Assembly: GCA_964401385.1 (NCBI GenBank)
Contig: CAYNYF010000009.1
Span: 461-64,460 of the forward strand
Direction of reading: 5' to 3'
DNA: 64,000 nucleotides
Source of the DNA: an uncultured Planctomycetaceae bacterium
GTDB taxonomy: Bacteria; Planctomycetota; Phycisphaerae; SM23-33
Shown here: positions 1-9,031 of the stretch, in pieces
How positions within the stretch are numbered: position 1 is the first letter of the stretch
Layout of the letters: each line of letters begins with the position of its first letter
Notes under the pieces: model-generated
Told to the model about the DNA's origin: nothing
The model's database searches: none
What the model saw: the letters and a program-made list of their open reading frames with translations, nothing else
Translations under genes and position numbers: made by a program

Positions 1-178
1 TCCTCACGAACTGGGGCTGCTTCTCCGTCGACATCGCCCGGGCTCCTTCCCACTGTCGCTGGCACACGGCCCGGCGCTGCTCGGCGTCAGGGAACTCGCG
101 AACCATCACGTCATCGCCCATGCAGCGCTGCACGAAGTTGTCGCGGGTCTCGCCTTGACGCTTCTCAGGCAGCGGCAC
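1..178 (-). CDS. 5' part of a phage head gene (probably prohead protease/capsid), truncated by the window edge
   Basis: GTG at 178 with GAGG upstream, overlapping the portal stop; reads MPLPEKRQGETRDNFVQRCMGDDVMVREFPDAEQRRAVCQRQW... open to position 1; not in the ORF track; product inferred from position. Confidence 0.65.
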   Translation of the reverse strand, partial: MPLPEKRQGETRDNFVQRCMGDDVMVREFPDAEQRRAVCQRQWEGARAMSTEKQPQFVR

Positions 179-1622
179 GGTCCACCTCGCCTTCGGCCTC
201 CTCGTCGTCCTCGGCCTCGCCGGGGGGCGGGGCCGCTTGGGCCTCGGTCAGGCCGAGCTCGGCCATGAGCTGCTTTTCCTTTGCCCGCTGGCGGATCTGC
301 GCCTCCCAGTCCTTGCCCTGCTTGGCGTACTCATCCGCGAGGGTGGTCGTGTTGTTCTTGAGCCGCTTCTCCTGGGCGGTCGCCTCCTTCGCCGGGTCGA
401 CGTGCTCCATCCCGTCCCAGAACCACTGGTGGGGCAGCTCGCCCAGGCCGTGCAGGAACGCGAAGTCCCCCAGGAGCGCCGCCTCGGCCAGCCAGGCGGC
501 GAGGACGCGGTCCATCACCATCTCGGCGAGGTGGGACTGCTCGACGCGGATACTCTTGAAGTATGTCTGGTGGTCCAGGCGCCCCGAGGCGTAGTTGTAG
601 CCGCTGGAATTGCAGGCGGCGACGTTGAACGGCATGTTCAGACAGCGGGCGATCTCGTTGAGGATCTCCCGCTTGAACTCGCCGTACCCTGTCCCCGGCT
701 GTTCGGCCTTGATCTGCCCGAGCTTCCAGCCGTCGGGCAGGACTGTGGCCATGCGTTTTTCCAGCTCGACGACGTCCATCGGCTCGACGGCCGCCGCCTC
801 GCCGCTGGCCGGGGCGTCGGTGAACAGCACCGCCGCGAAGTCCGCGGCCGTCTCTGCAGCGCCCAGCACCGCCAGCGTGTAGCGGCGCAGCTGCGCGAAC
901 AGGGGCAGCGCCGGCGTGATCTCGGGGACGCCGCGATGCTGTCCCGGCCGGTCGGGGCGGAACCAGTGAACCATCGACTCGGCGGGGATCCGGTCGTACT
1001 TCAGGGCCGGCGCTCGCAGCCGGTCGCCGGGATGGGCCTTGAGCACGTGATAGGCCACGGGGTTGCCAAACGCGTCGAAGACGATGCCGTCCGCCTCGTT
1101 GGGCATCGGGGGGTAGGGGCGGGCGCTGGCGACCTGGTCGGCCTCGACCAGGCGTAGGTCCAGCTTGGCCGGGGTTTCGAGAGCGGGGTTGCTGGTCAGG
1201 ACGGCGAACGCCTCGCCGTCGGTCCCCTTGGCCATCCGCATCGTCCGCAGCTTCCCGGCCAGGTCGACCGCGCGGGCCCACTCGGCGAAGGCGGCCTCCA
1301 CGCGCCGGTTGGCCTCCGCGTCCTCGGTGAGCAACTGAAGCCGCGGGCCCGTGCCGATGCAGTCGTTGGCCAGCGTCAGGACGATCCCCTTGGCGTAGGA
1401 GTTGTTGGCGACCTCGTAGCGGGCCCGCTGTCGCAGCTTGCGCCGGACGTCGGGGGAATTGGCCGCGTCGGCCGACAGCGAATCCGCCATCGCCCAGTGG
1501 CGGGCGTTCTCCGTGGTGGTCTGGGCGGCGTCGTAGCGGGCCCGCAGGACCACACGCAGGGGCGGGCGGTGTCCGGCGTTGCCGCGGGAGGCGCGCCCCC
1601 TGGACTTGCCGAAGGGCCACAT
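165..1622 (-). CDS. Phage portal protein, lambda family
   Basis: 485 aa; RYDAA, LRQRARYEVANNSYAKG, RPGQHRGVP, YNYASGRLD, VDPAKEA motifs typical of lambda gpB-type portals. Confidence 0.92.
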   Translation of the reverse strand: MWPFGKSRGRASRGNAGHRPPLRVVLRARYDAAQTTTENARHWAMADSLSADAANSPDVRRKLRQRARYEVANNSYAKGIVLTLANDCIGTGPRLQLLTEDAEANRRVEAAFAEWARAVDLAGKLRTMRMAKGTDGEAFAVLTSNPALETPAKLDLRLVEADQVASARPYPPMPNEADGIVFDAFGNPVAYHVLKAHPGDRLRAPALKYDRIPAESMVHWFRPDRPGQHRGVPEITPALPLFAQLRRYTLAVLGAAETAADFAAVLFTDAPASGEAAAVEPMDVVELEKRMATVLPDGWKLGQIKAEQPGTGYGEFKREILNEIARCLNMPFNVAACNSSGYNYASGRLDHQTYFKSIRVEQSHLAEMVMDRVLAAWLAEAALLGDFAFLHGLGELPHQWFWDGMEHVDPAKEATAQEKRLKNNTTTLADEYAKQGKDWEAQIRQRAKEKQLMAELGLTEAQAAPPPGEAEDDEEAEGEVDRAAA

Positions 1623-1819
1623 CAGACCGTTCCCCCCGGCGAGATCTTCGCCAGCTTGACGCCCAGGCCCTTGCCGCGGGCGGCCTGCTTGGAAGCGAGG
1701 TACTTGTCGGCGGCGATCTGGTCGTTGACGGAGTGCTGCTCCACGCTGCCGGAATCGCCCGAGGCCCGCTTGGGCCCGGAGGCGTTGTCGCGGATCGTGT
1801 TGTCGAGGTCTTCGGCCAT
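1622..1819 (-). CDS. Small head protein (gpW-like position)
   Basis: 65 aa, TGATG coupling to the portal; lies between terminase and portal. Confidence 0.7.
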   Translation of the reverse strand: MAEDLDNTIRDNASGPKRASGDSGSVEQHSVNDQIAADKYLASKQAARGKGLGVKLAKISPGGTV

Positions 1820-1843
1820 GTCGCCTTCTGGGAGGGTGCCCTC

Positions 1844-1881
1844 CTATGGGTTACCTATGCCGTGGCGCGCGGAGCGGTCCG
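1844..1881 (-). promoter_or_regulatory. Conserved bipartite motif copy 1 (CGGACCGC-N11-CGGCATAGGTAACCCATAG on minus strand)
   Basis: Conserved blocks identical to the copies at 18167-18204 and 40335-40372; ends 24 nt before the gpW-like start. Confidence 0.75.
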
Positions 1882-2041
1882 GCAAAGGCCGGAGATCTGC
1901 TCAGGCCCCCAAGATCGTTCCGCATCTAGAACCTGCGCAGCTGCCAGCCCGCGCGGACAGCCGTCAAGGAGCGTTGATCAGCGTGCGTAGACCGAGGACA
2001 ATCCAGCGACCGGCGACCGTGCCGGGGGAGGAGGTGGCGAC

Positions 2042-2827
2042 ATGGCGGCGAAACGGTACACGGGACCCATCTTCATTCAGCCGGTCGAGTGGATCGACGC
2101 ACAAATGGCCATGGCCGGCCGGAAAAGCGGGCCCCCAACATATCGGTCGGCGGTCGAGTACCTGTGTACTCCGTGCCAGGGGCACAAGCCTGAGGATCTG
2201 CTCAGAAGGTACGAGGAGATCTCGGCTAACACGACGAGGATCTGCCACGCTCCGGGGAAGGGGGAGATCCTGCAATCCATCTTTTGGCCGCTTCGCCACG
2301 CTCGATCTGCGTACGTCCTGGCGGACTACCTGGCAACGATAGCTCTGTGTGGGGTTGTCTGTGAGGTACTCACATTGCTCTTGTTCGAGATGCGCCCGGT
2401 CACGATTGGGGGAAAACGGATGTCAAAGAGCCGCGAACGGCGGATCTTCGGCAAGAAGGTACGAGACCTGTCCCAGAGCCGGCGCATCGACCTACTGCAG
2501 GGACTGGGAGCGATAGGCGCTGATGCAGCCCGAAGCTTCGGCCGCGTCCGCGAGCTTCGGAACAAGCACATCCATGACTACCTCTCTTCCCACGAGGAAG
2601 CACAGCAGGACGCAGTAGAGGTTTACCGCTTGACCAATTCCCTGATCGTGGAGGCCCTGGGGTGTGGGTTCACTACCGGGGCTTTCACGTATAGTCCGGA
2701 TCTTTTCAACCTGCTGCTCCGCGAGGGTGTGCTGAAGGAATCTGACTTCGAGGACGTCGAGGAGGCTGATGCGGGGGCACAGAAGGACGATGGTCCAGAA
2801 GGGACTCGCCAGTCTCGTAGTCCCTGA
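2042..2827 (+). CDS. Counter-oriented moron, HEPN-like (DUF4145-like) protein
   Basis: 261 aa; YLATIALCGVVCE helix and RNKHIH (Rx4H) motif; inserted antisense in the late region. Confidence 0.6.
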   Translation: MAAKRYTGPIFIQPVEWIDAQMAMAGRKSGPPTYRSAVEYLCTPCQGHKPEDLLRRYEEISANTTRICHAPGKGEILQSIFWPLRHARSAYVLADYLATIALCGVVCEVLTLLLFEMRPVTIGGKRMSKSRERRIFGKKVRDLSQSRRIDLLQGLGAIGADAARSFGRVRELRNKHIHDYLSSHEEAQQDAVEVYRLTNSLIVEALGCGFTTGAFTYSPDLFNLLLREGVLKESDFEDVEEADAGAQKDDGPEGTRQSRSP

Positions 2828-2860
2828 TCGTCATCCTCCCAGCACCGGTACCCATCATCG

Positions 2861-3046
2861 TCAGCCGCCCGCCGGCCGCTCGTACGTCGTCATTCGCCGC
2901 CCGCAATGTCGGCACTCGCGACGGCGTAGCAGACGCCCGCCCGACGCTGGGCGGGTGTAGAGCACGCGGAAGTGGGCGCAGCCGCACCGGGGGCACTCCA
3001 GCCCGCGCTTCTTCGTCAGACTCTCGGCTCGGCCTGCCTTGGTCAT
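2861..3046 (-). CDS. Small Zn-ribbon protein (NrdR-N/Ogr-like)
   Basis: CPRCGC...RRRECRHCGRRMTTYE; ATGA overlap with the terminase stop. Confidence 0.8.
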   Translation of the reverse strand: MTKAGRAESLTKKRGLECPRCGCAHFRVLYTRPASGGRLLRRRECRHCGRRMTTYERPAGG

Positions 3047-5307
3047 CGCCTGGTCCTTTGCAGCTCCGAGAGCTTGACCCGCTGCCGCACCGGCGCCGCC
3101 TTGGCGTCGGTGCCCGGTAGGACCGCGCCCTGGATGGAGGCGGCCACGGCGCAGCCGACCAGGCAGTCCAGCCAGTGGTTATCGGGGCCGCCGGCGCGGA
3201 GCTTCCATTCGTCCACCACCCGCCCCCGGGCCTCGGTCCGCACGCGGTACTCGGCGGTGAGGTGGTCGGCCAGGAGCTGGTTCTCGGCGGGCTTGCGGCC
3301 AAACAGCGACAGGCACCCCGGATCGCCCATGGCCACGGCCAGGCGGGCCTGGATGAAGCTCTTCCAGTGGTTCGTGTCGATCAGCACGTGGCGGACTTGG
3401 CGGCGGCCGGCGATGTTGGGGATGCGCCAGTGATGGCCGACGCGCTCGCCGCGCTTCCGCTTGTACTCGCTGAAGGGCACGCTGGAAGCCCCGACGTAGC
3501 GCCCGTGGCTAGGCATGACGATGGCAGAATGCCCGCTCTGGCGGCAGAACTGGTACACCACGTCCGTGCTCTGGCCCCAGTTGGCGTCGATCAGGCAGCG
3601 CTCGATCTGCAGCTCCGCGCCGTCGTCGCGCCGCCAGCGGCGTGGCAGGTATTCGCCGGTCAGCTTCTCCAGCCCGGCGTAGATCGAACCTTCCAAGCCC
3701 GTCCCGGGCGCTGCCCGGCCGAGGGTCTTCTGGACGTCCCGCAGCGTGAAGTACGCCCGCCGCTGGTCGGGATACGTGCCGTAATCGACCACGTAGCCGG
3801 TGAATTCGTCCTCCCAGGCGACCACGACGTGGAAGAGCAGCTTGGCTTGGACGTCGATGAACATCGTCAAGTGGCTGGCCCCGATTGGTATCTCGCCACG
3901 GGCGTAGCCGTTGACCTTGGCGGCGATCTGATCGGCGGTGAGCTGGTCGGGGTCGCCTTCATCCTCCGGCAGCGGTTCGTTCTGGTATTCCGCCCAGAAG
4001 GCCCGCTCGTCCTGGAGTTTGAGGTCCATCGCGTGCTGGATGGCCGACAGCTCGTCGGCGTTGTGCCGCTGCGGCCAGGCGACGGCAGCGCCGGCGTCCA
4101 TCTCTTGGCGATGGGCGTGGTAGAACTCAGTGGCCTCGCGGCCGTCGCCGCCGTTGCGGAAGCTGTCGGCGCGGACCTGGGCGTAGCGCTGCCAAAGCTT
4201 CTCGTTGGTCGGGAACGCATACACGAGCTTCGTCCGCTCACCTTGCCAGGCGGGGTGTTTGTCGCGGTCGAGGATCTGGTCGGCCATGTCGCCGGGGCGG
4301 ATCACCGTGCAGGGCATGATCCCCGAGATCTTCTCGCCGGGGCCGGCGAGGTTCAGGATCGCGCCGTTGAGGGTTTCCATCCGGGACCGGACCTGCTGGT
4401 CGCTACGGGCGGACTCATCGGTCTGCGGGTCGTCCAGGACCACTAGCGAGGGCCGCACCGCCCGGCCGTCGGCGCGCTTGAACTTCATGCCGCGGATACG
4501 GCTCTCGATGCCGGCGACGCGGATGATGGCGCCGGAGGCCTTGGAGTCAGGGATCGTCGGCAGGACGATCTCGTCGGCCGTCCAGACGATCCGGGTGTGC
4601 CGGCCGTTGCAGAGCTGGCCCTTGGCGCGGTTGTGAATCCGCTCCAGGGCGTGGATGGGGTAGACGGCCTCGGGGTAGTCCTCCAGCAACCGGTCGTTGG
4701 TCTCAAACTCGACCTTGATGCTCTCCAGCATGCTGCGGGCGTGCCCGGCGTCCGAGCCGATCAGACAGACGAACTCGCGGGCGCCGGTCAGCATCGCCCA
4801 GATGCAGGCCGTCTCGGCCAGCGTGGTCTTGCCGCTGCCGCGCGGCATGGCCATGGCGAACAGCCCGCCCCGCAGCACGGCCTGCTCGATCCTGGCAATG
4901 ACCTTCAGGTGGTCGTCCGACCACGGCAGGCTGAAGGTCCGGGGGAAGTACGCCTCGCAGAAGAACCGGAAGCTCGTCTCCGCGCCGGCCTTCCGTTCGG
5001 GGTCGACCACCTCGGGGATCTCGCCGATGTCCCGGCCGATGGCCGACAGCTCCGCGTTGCGGGCCCGGGCGGCCTCCTTGACCGCCTCGTAGTCGGCAGG
5101 CTCCTTGGCGGGTGCGGGGTTGTGGCGCAGCCACGCCAGCCAGGCGGCGTAGCGCAGCAGGTCCACGCGCTTCTCGTCGCCGATGCGGTAGCCGGCGCGG
5201 TTGCGGTGCCGGCGGAGTTGGCGCTCGCTGATGACCTCGCCCAGCGGCGTGGAGTTGAGCATCCGCGTCAGCATCGACGGCCGCAAGCTGCGGGGGTCAA
5301 TCGCCAC
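3043..5307 (-). CDS. Terminase large subunit (gpA-like C-terminal nuclease, N-terminal extension)
   Basis: Walker A AMPRGSGKTT, Walker B VVLDDPQ, nuclease motifs FIDVQ, LIDANWG, NHWLDC; upstream of portal. Confidence 0.9.
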   Translation of the reverse strand: MAIDPRSLRPSMLTRMLNSTPLGEVISERQLRRHRNRAGYRIGDEKRVDLLRYAAWLAWLRHNPAPAKEPADYEAVKEAARARNAELSAIGRDIGEIPEVVDPERKAGAETSFRFFCEAYFPRTFSLPWSDDHLKVIARIEQAVLRGGLFAMAMPRGSGKTTLAETACIWAMLTGAREFVCLIGSDAGHARSMLESIKVEFETNDRLLEDYPEAVYPIHALERIHNRAKGQLCNGRHTRIVWTADEIVLPTIPDSKASGAIIRVAGIESRIRGMKFKRADGRAVRPSLVVLDDPQTDESARSDQQVRSRMETLNGAILNLAGPGEKISGIMPCTVIRPGDMADQILDRDKHPAWQGERTKLVYAFPTNEKLWQRYAQVRADSFRNGGDGREATEFYHAHRQEMDAGAAVAWPQRHNADELSAIQHAMDLKLQDERAFWAEYQNEPLPEDEGDPDQLTADQIAAKVNGYARGEIPIGASHLTMFIDVQAKLLFHVVVAWEDEFTGYVVDYGTYPDQRRAYFTLRDVQKTLGRAAPGTGLEGSIYAGLEKLTGEYLPRRWRRDDGAELQIERCLIDANWGQSTDVVYQFCRQSGHSAIVMPSHGRYVGASSVPFSEYKRKRGERVGHHWRIPNIAGRRQVRHVLIDTNHWKSFIQARLAVAMGDPGCLSLFGRKPAENQLLADHLTAEYRVRTEARGRVVDEWKLRAGGPDNHWLDCLVGCAVAASIQGAVLPGTDAKAAPVRQRVKLSELQRTRR

Positions 5308-5497
5308 CGGAGACCTCCCGAACGAGCCAGGCGGTGTAGTGGACGAGGTTGATCGTGCCGTCGGCGTTGGCCGGGGCGCCGGCGTCGATGTCCGCCCGGA
5401 GCATCGCCTCGGTGATCCGCCGGCCGCCGGCCGCCGAGAGCACCTTCGCGGCCTGGGCCACCGTCAGCGCCGTCAGGCTGGGCGCGGGGTCGCTCAC
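5297..5497 (-). CDS. Small HTH-like protein, candidate terminase small subunit
   Basis: GTG at 5497 with AAGGAG; LTVAQAAKVL...DGTINLVHYTAWL; overlaps the terminase start. Confidence 0.65.
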   Translation of the reverse strand: MSDPAPSLTALTVAQAAKVLSAAGGRRITEAMLRADIDAGAPANADGTINLVHYTAWLVREVSGGD

Positions 5498-5694
5498 GGG
5501 CAGCTCCTTCGGCCGCGGGGGCGTCGGATTCCGGCCAGAATCTTCGCCACATGCCGTAAGCATAGATGTGTGCGACAGTTACGGCCGAAAGATTCCGCCG
5601 CCGGGGGCCGGAATCCCCTTCCCATGTGCCGCCAGTCGAGCAAACATGTCACCAGAAGAATGGAATGCAAGCCATGAACCAGAAAGGACTTACG

Positions 5695-5907
5695 ATGAAG
5701 AAGGCCAAGAGCAACACCGAGACGCACGAGTGGCTGACGGCCCGCGGCCGCGACGGCCGGCGCCGTATCGAGAAGCTGGGCTGGAAGCGATTGGCCCGCA
5801 TCTACCTGGCCGCGAGGCCCGGCAGCGCCATCCGCAAGGCCATCAACGCCGAGGCCCGTCGGTGCGGCTACACGCCGCGGGTCATCCTCGCCCTCAACGC
5901 CGAATGA
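5695..5907 (+). CDS. Hypothetical basic protein, first gene of the plus-strand small-gene operon
   Basis: ATG with AAGGA upstream; codon usage like neighbouring genes. Confidence 0.7.
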   Translation: MKKAKSNTETHEWLTARGRDGRRRIEKLGWKRLARIYLAARPGSAIRKAINAEARRCGYTPRVILALNAE

Positions 5908-5919
5908 AAGGAGCGAACC

Positions 5920-6207
5920 GTGAGAATCACCAGCATCGAACTGGCGGGAAGCAGCAGGACCACGCTTCGTGACGGGACGCCGGGCCTGCCCCGGGCCTTC
6001 GCCAAGGTCAGCCGCACCACCGACGCCCAGTACATCGAGGTCACGATCCTCCGGCCTGGCGGCGAGCGGAAACACATGATCAGGACCGACTGCGAGGAAG
6101 ACATCCGGTCGATGGCCGAGTGCTTGCAGAACCAGCTCGACGGCTACGACGGGACCAACAGCGAGATCGAGGAGTACGTCCGCGTGCTCCAGTACTTCGC
6201 CGACTGA
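5920..6207 (+). CDS. Hypothetical protein
   Basis: GTG start with AAGGAG; 95 aa. Confidence 0.75.
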   Translation: MRITSIELAGSSRTTLRDGTPGLPRAFAKVSRTTDAQYIEVTILRPGGERKHMIRTDCEEDIRSMAECLQNQLDGYDGTNSEIEEYVRVLQYFAD

Positions 6208-6219
6208 AAGGAGACCATC

Positions 6220-6399
6220 GTGAACGAGATCGACATCGAAACCATGCTGTACGAGCTGCTCCAGGACGAGGAGGCCGCGCCGGAGGTCGCCAAGGTCAGA
6301 ACCTTCGAAGAGGCCGGCGTGCTGACCAGCAACCGCGGGGTGGTGGTTCGGACCGACGACGGCAGCGAGTTCCAGGTCGCCATCGTCCAGAGCCGCTGA
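6220..6399 (+). CDS. Hypothetical acidic protein (59 aa, below the ORF-track cutoff)
   Basis: GTG with AAGGAG; MNEIDIETMLYELLQDEEAAPEVAKVRTFEEAGVLTSNRGVVVRTDDGSEFQVAIVQSR. Confidence 0.75.
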   Translation: MNEIDIETMLYELLQDEEAAPEVAKVRTFEEAGVLTSNRGVVVRTDDGSEFQVAIVQSR

Positions 6400-6414
6400 A
6401 GAAGGAGACGGACC

Positions 6415-6693
6415 ATGAAGAGCAAGCGCAAGCGACCGGAGACGTACGAGGCCGAGCACGGCGGCAAGAAAGTCCGTGTGACGGTACCCGAGGCCATCGA
6501 CGAGGGGAACCTCGCCGCGGCCCTCAAGGACAACCTCAGCCCGCAGGCCGTAGCGGCCATCGCCGCCTACCTGACGGCCGCGCGGGTCAAGAACCGCCAG
6601 GTGCAGCGCCAGATCGAGTGGTTCGCCGGCATGCTCGTAGACATGCTCGGCGTGGACGAGTTCAACCGCCTCGTTGACGAGGTGGGACTGTAA
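6415..6693 (+). CDS. Hypothetical protein
   Basis: ATG with AAGGAG; 92 aa. Confidence 0.75.
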   Translation: MKSKRKRPETYEAEHGGKKVRVTVPEAIDEGNLAAALKDNLSPQAVAAIAAYLTAARVKNRQVQRQIEWFAGMLVDMLGVDEFNRLVDEVGL

Positions 6694-6732
6694 GGAACCG
6701 GCCCCATGGGCCCCAGAGCAAAGGAGCAAGTC

Positions 6733-7293
6733 ATGAAGAAGGCAGATGTGAAGGTCGGCACCGTGTATTCCGCCAAGGTGAGCGGCAACATCGCCCCGGT
6801 CAGGATCGACCGGGAGAACCCCCGCGGCGGCTGGGACGGCACGAACCTGAAGACCAAGAAGGCCGTCCGCATCAAGTCCGCCCAGCGGCTGCGGGGCAGG
6901 GCCGCGACCTGGCCGGGCAAGCCAGCGGCCAAGTCCGCAGCCAAGCCCGCCGACGGCGCGGCCAAGACGGCCCCGACCGCCAAGAAGAAGCGCGGCGGCA
7001 TCACCGAGGCCACGAAGGCCGACGCGGTCAACGCCGCCATGCAGGCCGTCGCCGCCGACAAGAAGAAGCGGGCCAGCGGGCTGGACGCCGCGGCGAAGGT
7101 CCTGGCCGAGGCCGGCAAGCCGATGAACACCAAGGAGATGGTCGAGCAGATGCTCGCCAAGGGTCTGTGGAAGACCAACGGCAAGACCCCGGCCGCCACG
7201 ATCTACGCCGCCATCATCCGCGAGATCGCCACGAAGGGCGACCAGGCCCGCTTCCGCAAGGTCGGGCGGGGCAAGTTCGAGTTGGCCCGCTGA
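6733..7293 (+). CDS. Winged-helix (HARE-HTH-like) protein with Lys/Ala-rich linker
   Basis: SGLDAAAKVLAEAGKPMNTKEMVEQMLAKGLWKTNGKTPAATIYAAIIREI...RFRKVGRGKF resembles HARE-HTH/RpoE-delta N-domain; AAGGAG RBS. Confidence 0.75.
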   Translation: MKKADVKVGTVYSAKVSGNIAPVRIDRENPRGGWDGTNLKTKKAVRIKSAQRLRGRAATWPGKPAAKSAAKPADGAAKTAPTAKKKRGGITEATKADAVNAAMQAVAADKKKRASGLDAAAKVLAEAGKPMNTKEMVEQMLAKGLWKTNGKTPAATIYAAIIREIATKGDQARFRKVGRGKFELAR

Positions 7294-7301
7294 GAGCGCC
7301 A

Positions 7302-8687
7302 TCAACCCGCCGCCTCCTCCACCCCGGTCGCCCCGGCCGGGGTGCTCTTCGGCAACTCCTCGGCCTCGGCCGCGATCCGCTCGGCCTTCTTGCCGGTGAA
7401 CTCTTCCCAACGCTGGACGATCACGTCGCAGTACAGCGGGTCCAGTTCCACCAGAAACGCCCGCCGCCCCGTCTGCTCGCAGCCGATCAGCGTGCTGCCG
7501 CTGCCGCCGAACAGGTCCAGGACGTTCTCGCCCGGCAGCGAGCTGAACTGAATCGATCGGACGGCCAGTTCGACGGGCTTCTCGGTCAGGTGGACCATCG
7601 CCTGTGGGTTGACCTTCTTGACGTGCCACAGGTCCGTGGCGTTGTTGGGGCCGTAGAAATTGTGGCCTGCACCCTCCTTCCAGCCGTAGAAGGCCAGTTC
7701 GAAGCATCCCATCATGTCCTTGCGGGTCAGCACCGGGTGCTGTTTGTCCCAGACGATGCCCTGGCTGAAGTACAGGCCGGCCGCCTTGAGCGGCGCGGGG
7801 TAGTTGCCGAGGTTCGCGTAGCCGCCCCAAATGTAGAACGACCCGCCCGGCTTCAGGACGCGTGAGGCGTTGGCGAACCACGCCAGCAGCATCTCGTCGA
7901 AGTCCTCGGCTGAGACGAAGTCATTCTCCAGCGGCCGGTCCTTGGGGCGCATCTTCTTGCGCGCCTTCTTCGGATCGGTCACGCCGCGGGCTACGTCGAA
8001 GCCCTGGTGGTGCATCTTGCCCGAGAGATCGGGGTAGGAGCTGTTGCCGGCCGCGATGGCCGTGCTGCTGCGCGGCTCGACCCTCACGTTGTACGGCGGA
8101 TCCATGTTGATCAGGTCGATGGTCGCCCCGGCCAGTAGCCGGTCGACGTCGGCCTGGCTGCCGCTGTCACCGCACATCAGCCGGTGCTCGCCCAGCAGCC
8201 AGATGTCGCCGCGCCGGGTGACCGCCTCGTCGGGCGGTTCGGGAACGGAATCCGGGTCGGTCAGGCCGGGGTTGACCTCGCCGTCGAGCAGCTTGGCCAG
8301 GGCCTTTTCGTCGAAGCCCAACAGGCTCAGGTCGTAATCGGCGCCCCGCAGGTCCTTCAGCTCGATCGGCAGCAGGTCGAAGTCCCACTCGGCCAGGCTG
8401 GCGGTCTGGTTGTCGGCGATCCGGTAGGCCTTGGTCTGCTCGGGCGACAGGTCGGTGGCCACGTGGACGGGCACCTTGGCCAGGCCCAGCTTTTTGGCCG
8501 CCTTCCAGCGGGTGTGGCCGACGATGATCACGCCGTCGCCATCAACCACGATGGGCTGGCGGAAGCCGAACTCCCTCAAGCTGGCCGCGACGGCGTCTAC
8601 GGCCTGATCGTTGACGCGCGGGTTGCCTTCGTACGGGCGGACGGCGTCGATGGGGCGAAGCTCCACGTCGAACGTCTTGGTGGTCAT
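7302..8687 (-). CDS. ParB N-terminal domain fused to N4/N6 DNA methyltransferase
   Basis: PYEGNPRVN, FGFRQPIVVD, GHTR (ParB); DPPYN, HLTEKPVEL, LDLFGGSGST (beta-class MTase). Confidence 0.92.
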   Translation of the reverse strand: MTTKTFDVELRPIDAVRPYEGNPRVNDQAVDAVAASLREFGFRQPIVVDGDGVIIVGHTRWKAAKKLGLAKVPVHVATDLSPEQTKAYRIADNQTASLAEWDFDLLPIELKDLRGADYDLSLLGFDEKALAKLLDGEVNPGLTDPDSVPEPPDEAVTRRGDIWLLGEHRLMCGDSGSQADVDRLLAGATIDLINMDPPYNVRVEPRSSTAIAAGNSSYPDLSGKMHHQGFDVARGVTDPKKARKKMRPKDRPLENDFVSAEDFDEMLLAWFANASRVLKPGGSFYIWGGYANLGNYPAPLKAAGLYFSQGIVWDKQHPVLTRKDMMGCFELAFYGWKEGAGHNFYGPNNATDLWHVKKVNPQAMVHLTEKPVELAVRSIQFSSLPGENVLDLFGGSGSTLIGCEQTGRRAFLVELDPLYCDVIVQRWEEFTGKKAERIAAEAEELPKSTPAGATGVEEAAG

Positions 8688-9031
8688 GGGTGCACCTCCG
8701 TGTGCGCTTTGGACCAGGCGACGACCTCATGGCAGAGGCCGATGAACTCCTGGCTGGTGAGAGATCCCTTGGCCCGATTCACATCCTTGTGCAGCACCTG
8801 GGTGTTCTCGATCACGTGTTCGCCGCCGAGGCGGACGGGCACGACGTGGTCAAGGGCGGCCGTCTCCGGCGTCAGCTCGCGGCCCGTCAGGGCGCAGCGG
8901 TACTGCTGGTGCTCCAGCAGGCACAGCACGTTCTCGGTGGAGACAGGGCCATGCGGAGCGGCGGCACCTACCAGCTGCGCTTGCGTTTGGGGACGTACCG
9001 GCTGCCGGCCGACACGCGCCGCGTGGCCCAC
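8684..9031 (-). CDS. HNH endonuclease (start uncertain; in-frame GTG at 9031, ORF open to 9319)
   Basis: CALTG...ALDHVVPVRLGGEHVIENTQVLHKDVNRAKG; ATGA coupling with the methylase. Confidence 0.75.
   Translation of the reverse strand: MGHAARVGRQPVRPQTQAQLVGAAAPHGPVSTENVLCLLEHQQYRCALTGRELTPETAALDHVVPVRLGGEHVIENTQVLHKDVNRAKGSLTSQEFIGLCHEVVAWSKAHTEVHP

Noticed and set aside
5494-7881. 795-aa minus-strand ORF
   Set aside because: Overlaps five plus-strand genes with strong RBSs and the methylase in another frame; composition is not protein-like.
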